64,000 nt of DNA from Candidatus Eiseniibacteriota bacterium (lineage in GTDB: Bacteria > Eisenbacteria > RBG-16-71-46 > CAVPCR01): assembly GCA_963823555.1 (NCBI GenBank), contig CAWGMA010000001.1:1984001-2048000 (forward strand), in the 5' to 3' direction. Below are positions 1 through 11,830 of this stretch, piece by piece. A program made the translations under genes and the position numbers. How positions within the stretch are numbered: position 1 is the first letter of the stretch; the number at the start of each line of letters is the position of its first letter. The notes beneath the pieces are model-generated. The model worked only from the letters and a program-made list of their open reading frames with translations. It did not search any database and was not told where the DNA came from.

Positions 1-396
1 GGAGCCGCCGCCGAGTCCGGCCGCCACAGGGATTCGCTTCTTCAGGTGCATCGAGACCCGGTACCGGCCCGCGAGCACCTCCCGCAGGCTCCCCGTCGCG
101 GCGGCCCGCGCGGCCCCCCGGGCGCGAATCGCTTCGAGTACCAACTCCGCCGCCCGAAAGGCCAGGTTCGACCGGCCGGCGGGAAGCTCGGCCCCCTCCA
201 CCGCCACCGTGATCCCCTCCCCCCGCTCGAGGGTTATCGCGAGCTCATCGGCGAGATCGATCGCCTGCATCACAGTCTTGACGTCGTGATAGCCATCGGC
301 TCGCCGGCGCAGGATTTCGAGCGTCAAGTTGATCTTTGCCGGCGCGCGCACCACCACCTGGGCGGACAGCGCCCCCGGCACCGGTTCCTGCTGCAT
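1..396 (-). CDS. ispE: 4-diphosphocytidyl-2-C-methyl-D-erythritol kinase (5' part; runs off the window)
   Basis: Manual translation (not in the ORF track): MQQ...APAKINLTLEILRRRADGYHDVKTVMQAIDLADEL...HLKKRIPVAAGLGGGS, the GHMP kinase IspE motifs. Confidence 0.93.
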   Translation of the reverse strand, partial: MQQEPVPGALSAQVVVRAPAKINLTLEILRRRADGYHDVKTVMQAIDLADELAITLERGEGITVAVEGAELPAGRSNLAFRAAELVLEAIRARGAARAAATGSLREVLAGRYRVSMHLKKRIPVAAGLGGGS

Positions 397-422
397 GGCT
401 GGTCGTTTGCTCCCGTCCGGAG

Positions 423-1310
423 TCAGCCGAGATAGAGGATGATACCGATGGCAGCGAGCCAGAGGACGATGTTCATGAGCAACGGGCCGTCGGTCAAGAG
501 GACCTCGGTCGGGTTCCCGCCCGATCGCCGCTCCAGCACGAGATAGGCATAGCGGAAGACGCCGTAGACAACGAACGGCACGGTATAGACGAGTGAGGGC
601 GACTGGAACTTGGCCACCGTCGCCGGGGCGATCGTGTACGTGGCGTAGGCAATGACGGTCGCCGCCGTCATCACGCCCATCATCAGATCCAGAAGTCGAG
701 GGGAGTACTCCGCGAGCGTGCGGCGGTGGACAGCGGCTCCGCTCTCCAGCAGGACCAGCTCCTGATGGCGCTTTCCGGTGGCGAGGAACAGCGCCAGGAA
801 GAGCGTACAGACCTCGAGCCATGGCGAGATCTGGGTGGCTGGATCCACGGCCCGGACCACCTCGACTCCCGCGATCGCGCGCAGGACGAATCCGATCGCG
901 ATGGCCAGCACGTCGAGGATGATCACCCGCTTCAGGGCGAGCGAGTAGGCGAAGATCAGGAAAGTGTAGGCGGCAGCCGTGAGCGCAAACCCGGCTCCCA
1001 GGCGGGTGGCCACGCTGAGACCGACGAGGATCAGCACGGCCGCTGCGGTCAGACCGACCATCGGCGGCAAGGCACCCGACGCCATCGGCCGCTTGCATTT
1101 CTCGGGGTGCATCCGATCGCGCTCGAGGTCGAAGAAGTCGTTGATCAGATAGGACGCGCTCGAGATGGCGCAGAACACGAGGAATCCAGCAACGACTCGC
1201 AGGAACAGATGCGGATCGAGAGCGTTCTGCGAGAAGATGAGACCGGCGAACAGCACGCCGTTCTTCACCCATTGCCGGGGCCTCATACTGGTAATGAGTG
1301 CATTGAGCAT
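423..1310 (-). CDS. UbiA-family decaprenyl-phosphate phosphoribosyltransferase-like membrane protein
   Basis: MRPRQWVKN, YLINDFFDLERDRMHPEKCKRPMASG, GKRHQEL, hydrophobic helices; ATG at 1310 overlaps the upstream stop. Confidence 0.88.
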   Translation of the reverse strand: MLNALITSMRPRQWVKNGVLFAGLIFSQNALDPHLFLRVVAGFLVFCAISSASYLINDFFDLERDRMHPEKCKRPMASGALPPMVGLTAAAVLILVGLSVATRLGAGFALTAAAYTFLIFAYSLALKRVIILDVLAIAIGFVLRAIAGVEVVRAVDPATQISPWLEVCTLFLALFLATGKRHQELVLLESGAAVHRRTLAEYSPRLLDLMMGVMTAATVIAYATYTIAPATVAKFQSPSLVYTVPFVVYGVFRYAYLVLERRSGGNPTEVLLTDGPLLMNIVLWLAAIGIILYLG

Positions 1311-2929
1311 CACGATTCTCGCGCGTGTTGTTTCGGCTCCAGTGCCGGGACGGATTCGGCGGAACGGCGGCGTTCGCCAAGCTCCGCGGTGGCCCGGGAT
1401 GCCTCGTCGAGCCGGGGAATGGACGTTGCCACCGCACGCTCCTTGATCTGGTGCGCCGGCTCGGCAGCCATCCCCGCCCCCAGCACCTCGGGTCGCGAGT
1501 AGAGGAACCGCCGTGCTCTGCTGGCGGCGCCCAGTGCGAAGCGCCAGTAGCTCCACGGCATGGCGACGATCAGATGGGCAGCCAGGCGTCGGAAGTGCTC
1601 GGGGACGTCGGCGAAGATCTCGGTGCCGTCGGTCTCGAGCTCCTCCAGCCGCGGTGCCACACGCCGCCAGCGGTCACGTTTGACACCGCCGAAAAGGGCC
1701 CGGAGTAGCCGGGGGATGCTCCGGATCAACCCCGGCCGGCCGCGGTCATAGAGGCCCAGCTCCCGCACGTACGGCGCATGGAAGATGGGGTCCATGTCCA
1801 CCTCGATCACCCAGGTCATACCATGATTCAGTAGTCGGTCCCCGTCGGCCGCGCCCCGCTCCTCGACGGGAGCGCGATCCTCCCGCCGGGCCAGCTGCCG
1901 CCCATGTCGTGCCGCCTGCGGCCGCGTGGTCAAGCGCGTGTAGTCGTACCAGACTTCGCGATAATGCACGTCCCCGACCACCCACTCCAGCCGGCCGGCG
2001 TCGGTGCCATCGGCTCGCACCCAGCACTCGACCCGCTCCCAATCCCGTTCCCAGAACTTGTGGAGTTCCCCCGGGACGAGAGTGACGAATCGCCACACCC
2101 AGTATCGCCGGCCCTTGAGCCAGTAGGGAGCATGCCCGCGCGCCGCGTAGGGATAAGCGGGGTTACCGGGCTCATTGACGTAGAGGAAGAGCGTCGGGGG
2201 CAACCCCCGCGGAATGATGAACCACTCGACCAGAAAGAAGAGGACCACAAACCCGAGCGAGAACAGAATGAGCCCCGGGATCGACTCCGGCAGCTGCCAC
2301 AGATGACGGAAGGCGACGATCGGAAGGGGGGCGACCAGCGCCGTCACTGGATCGCGCAAGAGCCCGAGCAGGATGATGGCGAGCAGAACGTAGAGCGCGC
2401 TCGACACATGCTCGCCCAGCGGAGCCAGGAAGTCGAGGCGGGTCAGATACGGCAGCAAGCCAAAGGAGATGGCGATCGCCAGCAGTCCGGCCAGGAGCAA
2501 TTTGTAGGTGGGGTAGAAGAGACTCACCTCGCAGCGGGAGGCGCGGGGATCGATCAGATCCTCTGCGATCGGCTGGGCATCCAGGACCGCCCGTACCCGG
2601 CCCGGAGCCGCCGGCTCGACCACGAGCCGGTGCCGGCTGATCACTTCATCGACCGGGTGACCCAGACGCTGAGCGCGACCGTGGAACAGCCGCATCAGGT
2701 CATAGACGACCCGATAGGGCAAGAGCACCGGGAGGAAGACGAAGGCCAGGATGTAGTAACGAAGCTGCGGCAATCGCGTCCGCGGGCGATCGACGGCCCG
2801 CCTGAAGTGGCCGAGAGTCAATCTCCCATCAGCCACGACGGCAGGCGACACGATACCCGCCAGATTGAACACGCTGGCCCAGTAGTCGCAATAGAGGAAC
2901 GGGCCGAGCCCGATGCCGAGTCGAAACAC
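1310..2929 (-). CDS. Hypothetical membrane protein, 539 aa, with a Trp-rich soluble C-terminal domain
   Basis: Long ORF with several TM-like segments, translationally coupled to ubiA; no recognised family. Confidence 0.75.
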   Translation of the reverse strand: MFRLGIGLGPFLYCDYWASVFNLAGIVSPAVVADGRLTLGHFRRAVDRPRTRLPQLRYYILAFVFLPVLLPYRVVYDLMRLFHGRAQRLGHPVDEVISRHRLVVEPAAPGRVRAVLDAQPIAEDLIDPRASRCEVSLFYPTYKLLLAGLLAIAISFGLLPYLTRLDFLAPLGEHVSSALYVLLAIILLGLLRDPVTALVAPLPIVAFRHLWQLPESIPGLILFSLGFVVLFFLVEWFIIPRGLPPTLFLYVNEPGNPAYPYAARGHAPYWLKGRRYWVWRFVTLVPGELHKFWERDWERVECWVRADGTDAGRLEWVVGDVHYREVWYDYTRLTTRPQAARHGRQLARREDRAPVEERGAADGDRLLNHGMTWVIEVDMDPIFHAPYVRELGLYDRGRPGLIRSIPRLLRALFGGVKRDRWRRVAPRLEELETDGTEIFADVPEHFRRLAAHLIVAMPWSYWRFALGAASRARRFLYSRPEVLGAGMAAEPAHQIKERAVATSIPRLDEASRATAELGERRRSAESVPALEPKQHARES

Positions 2930-2980
2930 GTGTGATCCGCCGACCTTCAGTTCTGGTCGCTCTCGCCGCCGCGTCGCGGA

Positions 2981-3436
2981 CTACTCGCCACCCGTCGCAT
3001 CGAGACCTTCATCGCCGCCCGCCACGGCCGGCGCAGTGACCGCAGGGGACTTGGTTGCATCTTCGCTCGGGGTCGCGCTCGAAGCAAGCAAGGCCACACC
3101 GCAGCAGATCACGCCGACTCCGAGCATGCGCATGACGCTGATATGCTCGCGCAGGAGCAGCCAGGAGAAGAACACGACAAGAACGTAGCCCATGCTGACC
3201 AACGGATAGGCCAGGCTGAGCGGCAGCTTGCTCAGGATGAAGAGCCAGAACAGGGAGCTCACGCCGTACATGAGGAAGCCCAGGAGCACGATCGGCGTCG
3301 TGAACAGGCGGACGTAGTAGCCAATCGGCCCGGTCTCCTCCATGCTCAGGTTCATCCGCCCGATGGCGTACTTGAGAATGAGCTGACCTGCCACTGCCGG
3401 AGTGACGCTACAGAGAACCAGAAGAATGCTTCGCAT
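2981..3436 (-). CDS. EamA/SMR (ArnE/F-like) small membrane transporter or flippase subunit
   Basis: AVAGQLILK...WLFILSKLPLSLAYPLVSMGYVLV...LLREHIS...GVGVICCGV. Confidence 0.85.
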   Translation of the reverse strand: MRSILLVLCSVTPAVAGQLILKYAIGRMNLSMEETGPIGYYVRLFTTPIVLLGFLMYGVSSLFWLFILSKLPLSLAYPLVSMGYVLVVFFSWLLLREHISVMRMLGVGVICCGVALLASSATPSEDATKSPAVTAPAVAGGDEGLDATGGE

Positions 3437-3439
3437 GAC

Positions 3440-4135
3440 CTAGGATCTCCCGGAACGCGACGGAACGCGGGGAAAGAGCACGGCTTCGATGCTGGCACAG
3501 AAGAGATGTCCCAGGAGCAAATGGACTTCCTGGATGCGGGCTGGATCGATGGTGGGCACAACGAACCCGAGGTCGCACGCGTGGGCGAACTCCGCACCAC
3601 GCCCCCCGGTAAGCCCGATGGTCTTGACCCCGATCCGGTGCGCTGTCTCCACCACGCGGCGGATGTTCGGCGAGGCACCGCTCGTAGAGAGAGCGACCAG
3701 AACATCCCCGGCCCGCGCGACGGCCAGGAGCTGTCGCGAGAAGACATGCTCATAGCCGTAGTCATTGGCGATGGCAGTGAGCGCTGGCACATTCTCGGTG
3801 AGCGCGTGGGCGCGCAGCGGCTCGCGATCGATGTAGAAGCGGCCCGATAGTTCGGCGGCCAGATGGAGCGCCTGGGCGGCGCTGCCGCCATTGCCGCAGA
3901 AGACCACCTGGTTCCCGCCGCGGAGGGCTTGGACGGCGAGATCGACCGCCGCCGCCAGCGGCTCGGCATGGTCCGCAGCACCCGCGGCCAGGCGCGCCGA
4001 CTCGGCGATGGTGGCACGCAAGGCGGCGACGAGGGGGCCGGTGGTTGATGCGGCGCGAGTCTTCCGCCGCGCACTCGACTCACCGGAGCCCGCTCCATTC
4101 CTCACCCTGCGCCCGATCGTCCTCCTCGTAGTCAT
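3440..4135 (-). CDS. gmhA: SIS-domain phosphosugar isomerase (phosphoheptose isomerase-like)
   Basis: CGNGGSAA, HLAAELSGRF, TAIANDYGY, STSGASPN, RIQEVH; ATG overlaps the rfbD stop. Confidence 0.88.
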   Translation of the reverse strand: MTTRRTIGRRVRNGAGSGESSARRKTRAASTTGPLVAALRATIAESARLAAGAADHAEPLAAAVDLAVQALRGGNQVVFCGNGGSAAQALHLAAELSGRFYIDREPLRAHALTENVPALTAIANDYGYEHVFSRQLLAVARAGDVLVALSTSGASPNIRRVVETAHRIGVKTIGLTGGRGAEFAHACDLGFVVPTIDPARIQEVHLLLGHLFCASIEAVLFPRVPSRSGRS

Positions 4136-5019
4136 GCACTCCCCTCGCGGCGCCTGGTCGTGGCCGCGACGCCCGGGGCCCGGGCGGCACGCGCGGCGAT
4201 GTGATCGGCCAGCGCCTCTTCCCAGCCCCTGAGCCGGCCCCCGGTGAGACGGGCGAAGCGTTGGCAATCGAGCACCGAATTGGCCGGCCTCTGGGCAGGA
4301 CGACCGATCCGGGCGCGCGTCGTGGGCTTCACCCTCTCCGGATCGCCACCGGCGAGCCGCAAGGCCGCCCGAGCCAGTTCGAAGCGGCTTGCCCAGCCGG
4401 TGTTGGCCACATGCACGATGCCCGCAGCACCGGCGGTGATCAGAGCAACGAGGCCGTTGGCCAGATCGCCGGCCCGGGTCGGGCTGCCGCGTTCATCGGT
4501 GACCACCTCGAGCGCGGTGTCGCTGGCCGCTCGCTCGAGGATGGCGTCGATGAAACCCTTGCCGGGACCGTACAGCCAACCGCCGCGCACGATCAAGCAG
4601 TCAGGGACGACCGACATCGCCGCCATCTCCCCGCCGAGCTTGCTGCGAGCATACGTGGAACCCGGCCGCGGCGGGTCGTCTTCCTCGTAAGGTTCGCCCT
4701 TCTCCCCATCGTAGACGTAGTCCGTGCTCATATAGAGGAGGCGCGCGCCGCAGGCGCGGGCTGCGCTGGCGACATGGACGGTGCCGGCGATGTTGACGAG
4801 CGCAGCGACCTCCGGTTCGTGCTCCGCATCGTCGACGCGGGTGTACGCCGCGAGATGGATGACCCACTGAGGACCGGCCGCGGTCATCGCCCGCATCACG
4901 CCCTCGCGATCGCGGATATCCACGCGCTCGCCCCCCACCACTTCATGGCCGTTCTGGACGAGGAGTGGCCCGACCGCGCCGCCGACGAGACCACCGAGTC
5001 CGGTCACATAGATCAGCAC
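4132..5019 (-). CDS. rfbD: dTDP-4-dehydrorhamnose reductase
   Basis: IHLAAYTRVDDAE, STDYVYDG, YARSKLGGE, GSPT, RPANSVLD. Confidence 0.92.
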   Translation of the reverse strand: MLIYVTGLGGLVGGAVGPLLVQNGHEVVGGERVDIRDREGVMRAMTAAGPQWVIHLAAYTRVDDAEHEPEVAALVNIAGTVHVASAARACGARLLYMSTDYVYDGEKGEPYEEDDPPRPGSTYARSKLGGEMAAMSVVPDCLIVRGGWLYGPGKGFIDAILERAASDTALEVVTDERGSPTRAGDLANGLVALITAGAAGIVHVANTGWASRFELARAALRLAGGDPERVKPTTRARIGRPAQRPANSVLDCQRFARLTGGRLRGWEEALADHIAARAARAPGVAATTRRREGSA

Positions 5020-5072
5020 GTCGATCTCCCCGGGATCGCCGGCCGCCAGCGACTGGCTACGGGCCCCAGCAC

Positions 5073-6137
5073 TCAGACCTCGATCTCGCAGGAATCCCCG
5101 ATCATGAAACGGCTGGCGCGAGGTCGCCCCTGAGCCCGGGTGATGCGGACGTCCTTGCCGATCAAGCTCGACTCGACACGGGCATCGAGCTCGAGGATCT
5201 GGCTGCGCTGGAGGACGATGGAATGCTCGATCTCACTGCCGCGAATGGCCACTTCATCGCTGATCGCGGTGAAGGGTCCGATATAGGAATCGGTGATCAT
5301 GCAGCGATCACCGACGATGAGCGGCCCGCGCAAGATGCTCCGCACCACCTGAGTCCCGGATCCGATCACCACATGCCCCTCGATCCGGCTCTCCGCATCG
5401 ACATCACCGCGAATGTCGCGGACGATGTCCGTGAGCATGATGCGGTTGGCCTCGAGAAGATCGGCGAGCTTACCGGTGTCCTTCCACCACCCGCTGATGA
5501 CATGAGAGCGTACATCCAGCCTGTCGTCGATCAGCTTCTGGATCGCATCGGTGATCTCGAGCTCGCCACGCCAGGAAGGCTTGATGGAACGAACCGCCGC
5601 GAATACGTGACGGTCGAACATGTAGACCCCGACCAGCGCGTAGTCGCTCTTCGGATGCTTCGGCTTCTCTTCGAGACCGATCACATGATTCTGACCGTCG
5701 AGCTCGGCCACGCCGAACTGACTCGGATTCGGCACCTTGGCGAGCAGGATCTGGCAATTCGGCCGTTCGCGGCGGAAGGCATCCACCAGCGAGACGATGC
5801 CATCGCGGATGCAGTTGTCTCCCAGGTACATCACAAAGGGGTCATCGCCGATGAACGCCTCTGAAATGAGCACCGCATGCGCCAATCCGCGAGGTGCGTC
5901 CTGCGGGATGTAGGTCACGCGCACGCCAAAGGCGCTGCCGTCGCCGACGGCGGCGCGAATCTCCGCCGCCGTGTCGCCGACCACGATGCCGATATCGCTG
6001 ATGCCGGCATCACGCACCGCCTTGATGGCATGGAAGAGGATCGGCTGATTGGCCACCGGCACCAGCTGCTTGGCGCTGGTGTGGGTGATGGGACGGAGCC
6101 GCGTGCCGCGTCCTCCGGATAGGATGAGGCCTTTGAT
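5073..6137 (-). CDS. rfbA: Glucose-1-phosphate thymidylyltransferase (long form); apparent ATC start codon
   Basis: Frame extends past the ORF-track start to (I)KGLILSGGRGTRLRPITHTSAKQLVPVAN; PSWRGELEITDAI, WWKDTG; GGAGG 6 nt before ATC at 6137. Confidence 0.9.
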   Translation of the reverse strand: MKGLILSGGRGTRLRPITHTSAKQLVPVANQPILFHAIKAVRDAGISDIGIVVGDTAAEIRAAVGDGSAFGVRVTYIPQDAPRGLAHAVLISEAFIGDDPFVMYLGDNCIRDGIVSLVDAFRRERPNCQILLAKVPNPSQFGVAELDGQNHVIGLEEKPKHPKSDYALVGVYMFDRHVFAAVRSIKPSWRGELEITDAIQKLIDDRLDVRSHVISGWWKDTGKLADLLEANRIMLTDIVRDIRGDVDAESRIEGHVVIGSGTQVVRSILRGPLIVGDRCMITDSYIGPFTAISDEVAIRGSEIEHSIVLQRSQILELDARVESSLIGKDVRITRAQGRPRASRFMIGDSCEIEV

Positions 6138-6193
6138 GATCGCCCTCCGCGTTGGACTTCGCTGGTCGCGAAACTAGAGCAACTTCACCGGCA

Positions 6194-8857
<2,664 letters not shown>

Positions 8858-8956
8858 GGATCTCCTTGGAACGGCCTCGGGGCGCGGGTTTGCTCTCTGG
8901 GTCCGGCTCGGTCCGGAAGCAAGCGGCTCCCGCCGCTGGCAGGATCACCCTGCTCT

Positions 8957-9505
8957 CTAGGAGCGATCCCCCTCGAGGCTCCCGGCCTCACGCCGCGGGA
9001 GAGCCGCCGCGATCGCGCTGGACGAGAACCCGAGCCGGCGCAAAGCGGCGATCGAGCGACGGCGGGCGACCTCCGGACTGAGCTTGGCCCAGCGGTACTC
9101 CCGCCGCCTCAGGGCGTCTCGCGCGAGGGTTGCTTCATCGGTTGTGGCCGCGACCTCGCGCAAGACCTCGTCCACCACCTCTCCGGCAACGCCGCGCGTG
9201 GTGAGTTCGCGCCGCATGAGTGCGAACCCGCGTGGCCCCAGCCGGAAACGTCGGCGGACATAGCCTTCGGCGTAGGCGCGATCGTCAAGGAGACCGACTT
9301 CAACGAGACGTTCGATCACCGCCGCCCGAACATTCGCCGGAAACCCCCGGGCGGTGAGCTTGCGATCGAGCCCGACGCAGGTGCGCGGCTGCGCAGCCAG
9401 CAGCCGCAGCGCCGTTTCGTGCGCTGCGGCACGCCCTTCGTCCCCTGCTGGACGTCCTGGCCTCCTCACTGTCGGCCTCCTCGCCATCGGCCGGGCAGCG
9501 AGCAT
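8957..9505 (-). CDS. recX: Regulatory protein RecX
   Basis: Follows recA; ALRLLA, GLLDDRAYAE, GPRG..RELTTRGV, LRRLGFS; start uncertain. Confidence 0.85.
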   Translation of the reverse strand: MLAARPMARRPTVRRPGRPAGDEGRAAAHETALRLLAAQPRTCVGLDRKLTARGFPANVRAAVIERLVEVGLLDDRAYAEGYVRRRFRLGPRGFALMRRELTTRGVAGEVVDEVLREVAATTDEATLARDALRRREYRWAKLSPEVARRRSIAALRRLGFSSSAIAAALPRREAGSLEGDRS

Positions 9506-9538
9506 AGCACGTGGCCCGGGCGACTTGCCCCCCTGGCG

Positions 9539-10780
9539 CTAGCTGCGGCCGCGGCGCGCCGCCTGGGCCACGCGATCGCCGCGACTGGAGCTCCGGCCAT
9601 CGCCGGGCTCACGAGTGGCAACGGCCACCGCACCCGTCGCCCCCGATCGCTGGGCACCCGGCTCACCCCGCGCTCCGGTAGCAGACTGACCATTGCCGGA
9701 TCCCGGGGCCGCGTGCGCGCCGGGCGTCTGCGTGCCGGCGCTGTCGGGGGTGCCTGCAGCCACGACCGCGGCACCCATGGCGACCTCGGCCCGCCGGCGG
9801 ATCTCCGCCTTGATCCCCGCGGTCACGTCGGGATGCTCCTGGAGGAAGACCCGCGCATTCTCCCGTCCCTGCCCCAGGCGGTCCTCGCCATAGGAGAACC
9901 AGGTGCCCGACTTCTTCACGATGTCCTTCTCCACGGCGAGATCGAGGAGCTCGCCCTCGCGGGAGATCCCGGTGTTGTAGAGCACGTCGAACTCGGCCTG
10001 CCTGAACGGCGCCGCCACCTTGTTCTTGACGACCTTCACCCGCACCCGGTTTCCGATGACCTCCTCGCCTTCCTTGATCGATCCGATGCGCCGGATGTCG
10101 ATTCGAACCGACGAGTAGAACTTGAGGGCCTTGCCGCCGGTCGTCGTCTCGGGGTTTCCGAACATGACACCGATCTGCATGCGGATCTGATTGATGAAGA
10201 TGACGCAGGTACGCGACTTGGCGATGGCCGCGGTGAGCTTGCGCAGGGCCTGCGACATGAGCCGCGCGTGCAAGCCCATATGGGAATCGCCCATCTCGCC
10301 TTCGATCTCGGCCTTCGGAACCAGGGCTGCCACCGAGTCGATGGCAACCACGTCCACGGCTCCCGAGCGCACCAGGGTCTCGGCGATCTCGAGCGCCTCC
10401 TCGCCGGTATCGGGCTGGGCGACGTGAAGATTGTCGATGTCCACACCGAGACGCTGGGCGTAATGGGCATCCAGCGCATGCTCGGCATCGATGAACACGG
10501 CATGACCGCCGAGCTTCTGAGCCTCGGCGATGATCGAGAGGGTCAGGGTGGTCTTACCGGAGGACTCGGGGCCGAAGATCTCGATCACTCGCCCGCGCGG
10601 GACCCCGCCCACCCCGAGCGCCAGATCGAGACCCAGCGATCCGGTCGGAATGGCCTCGGTGCGCACCTTGGCCGACTCGTCACCGAGCTTCATGATGGCG
10701 CCTTTGCCGTGCTGCTTCTCGATCTGAGCGATCGCCAGCTCGAGTGCCTTCGCCTTCTCCTTCGACAGCTCCGTTGCCAT
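9539..10780 (-). CDS. recA: Recombinase RecA with a low-complexity C-terminal tail
   Basis: [49 protein letters not shown]. Confidence 0.99.
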   Translation of the reverse strand: MATELSKEKAKALELAIAQIEKQHGKGAIMKLGDESAKVRTEAIPTGSLGLDLALGVGGVPRGRVIEIFGPESSGKTTLTLSIIAEAQKLGGHAVFIDAEHALDAHYAQRLGVDIDNLHVAQPDTGEEALEIAETLVRSGAVDVVAIDSVAALVPKAEIEGEMGDSHMGLHARLMSQALRKLTAAIAKSRTCVIFINQIRMQIGVMFGNPETTTGGKALKFYSSVRIDIRRIGSIKEGEEVIGNRVRVKVVKNKVAAPFRQAEFDVLYNTGISREGELLDLAVEKDIVKKSGTWFSYGEDRLGQGRENARVFLQEHPDVTAGIKAEIRRRAEVAMGAAVVAAGTPDSAGTQTPGAHAAPGSGNGQSATGARGEPGAQRSGATGAVAVATREPGDGRSSSRGDRVAQAARRGRS

Positions 10781-11024
10781 GATCTCGCTCCCTCTCTAGG
10801 GGCCGGGGGGTGCTGGCCGGACCCGCGCGATCGGCGGTCGGGCTCCGGTTCGTCGTTTCCTGGGCCAGGGCGAGGCGCTCCCTCCAAACCCGGCGAGGCT
10901 CGTGGAGTGAGAGCCGGTTCCAGGCCGCTGGTTTTTGCGCCCGTCCAGTGTCTCTAAACCAATACGCATGAGTAGTCAACAAAATTCTGGCCCCGGGGGC
11001 CTCATCCAGTCTGCTGGGCCCTTC

Positions 11025-11651
11025 CTAGGCCGGCTCGGCATCCTCGCCGTGCTTCGCCCCCAGGATACCGCGATGGAGATCCTGGTAGTGCGGCCCCCGG
11101 GGAGAGAGACGGCTCTCCACCACCACCACCTCGCTCACCTCGAACACCCCCGGTTCGAAGACCGTGGCCCCGATCGCCGCGCGCATGGCGGCGGTTGCCT
11201 GCAGGGGCACGGGTCCTGTCTGGCTCCCGCGGCGGGCGTTGGGATCCCGTACGCGCCCCAGGGTCAAATGAGGGGCAAACGGCCGATCACCCCGCCCCAG
11301 ACCGACTCGGACGAACTCCTCCTCCAGGCCCACGGCGAGCTGCTTGAGTTCATCCCCACCCTGCGCGATGCCCGCCCAGATCACCCGCGGGCGCCCGCGC
11401 TCGGGGAAGGTACCCAGACCCTCGATCCGCACAGCAAACGCCGTGGTCGCAGCCGTCACCGTCGTGACCGCCGCGGCCACCCGGGCCATCGCGCCCGGGT
11501 CGAGCTCACCGAAGAAGCGCAACGTCAGGTGGAGGTTCTCGGTCTCCACCCACTTGACGTCGGCCAGAGCCCGGTCGAGCGCTCCTTGCACACTGGCGAT
11601 CTTCTCGGCCAGGAAGGCGGGAAGACGCACTGCCACGAAGACCCGTGCCAT
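11025..11651 (-). CDS. thpR: RNA 2',3'-cyclic phosphodiesterase (2H family)
   Basis: RVFVAV, two HxT motifs (NLHLTLRFFG, PHLTLGR), RPRVIWAG. Confidence 0.93.
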   Translation of the reverse strand: MARVFVAVRLPAFLAEKIASVQGALDRALADVKWVETENLHLTLRFFGELDPGAMARVAAAVTTVTAATTAFAVRIEGLGTFPERGRPRVIWAGIAQGGDELKQLAVGLEEEFVRVGLGRGDRPFAPHLTLGRVRDPNARRGSQTGPVPLQATAAMRAAIGATVFEPGVFEVSEVVVVESRLSPRGPHYQDLHRGILGAKHGEDAEPA

Positions 11652-11830
11652 GGATCCCCCACTCCCCCGTCGACGCCGACTTGCAAGAGCCGCGCCGAGC
11701 CTTCCTCGGCACGGCCCCGGCCTTGAGGCGTCATGCGGACCGATGTTATCGTGAGGTGTTCGCCGCCACGAGTCCCATTTCAAGATCCAGCCGCCAAACC
11801 GATCCCAGCCGCGACCGGAGAACCCGAGTG

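Noticed and set aside
10880..11020. LexA/SOS box upstream of recA
   Set aside because: An AT-rich promoter-like patch with TTGACT is present, but I found no match to CTGT-N8-ACAG, GAAC-N4-GTTC or GTTC-N7-GTTC.
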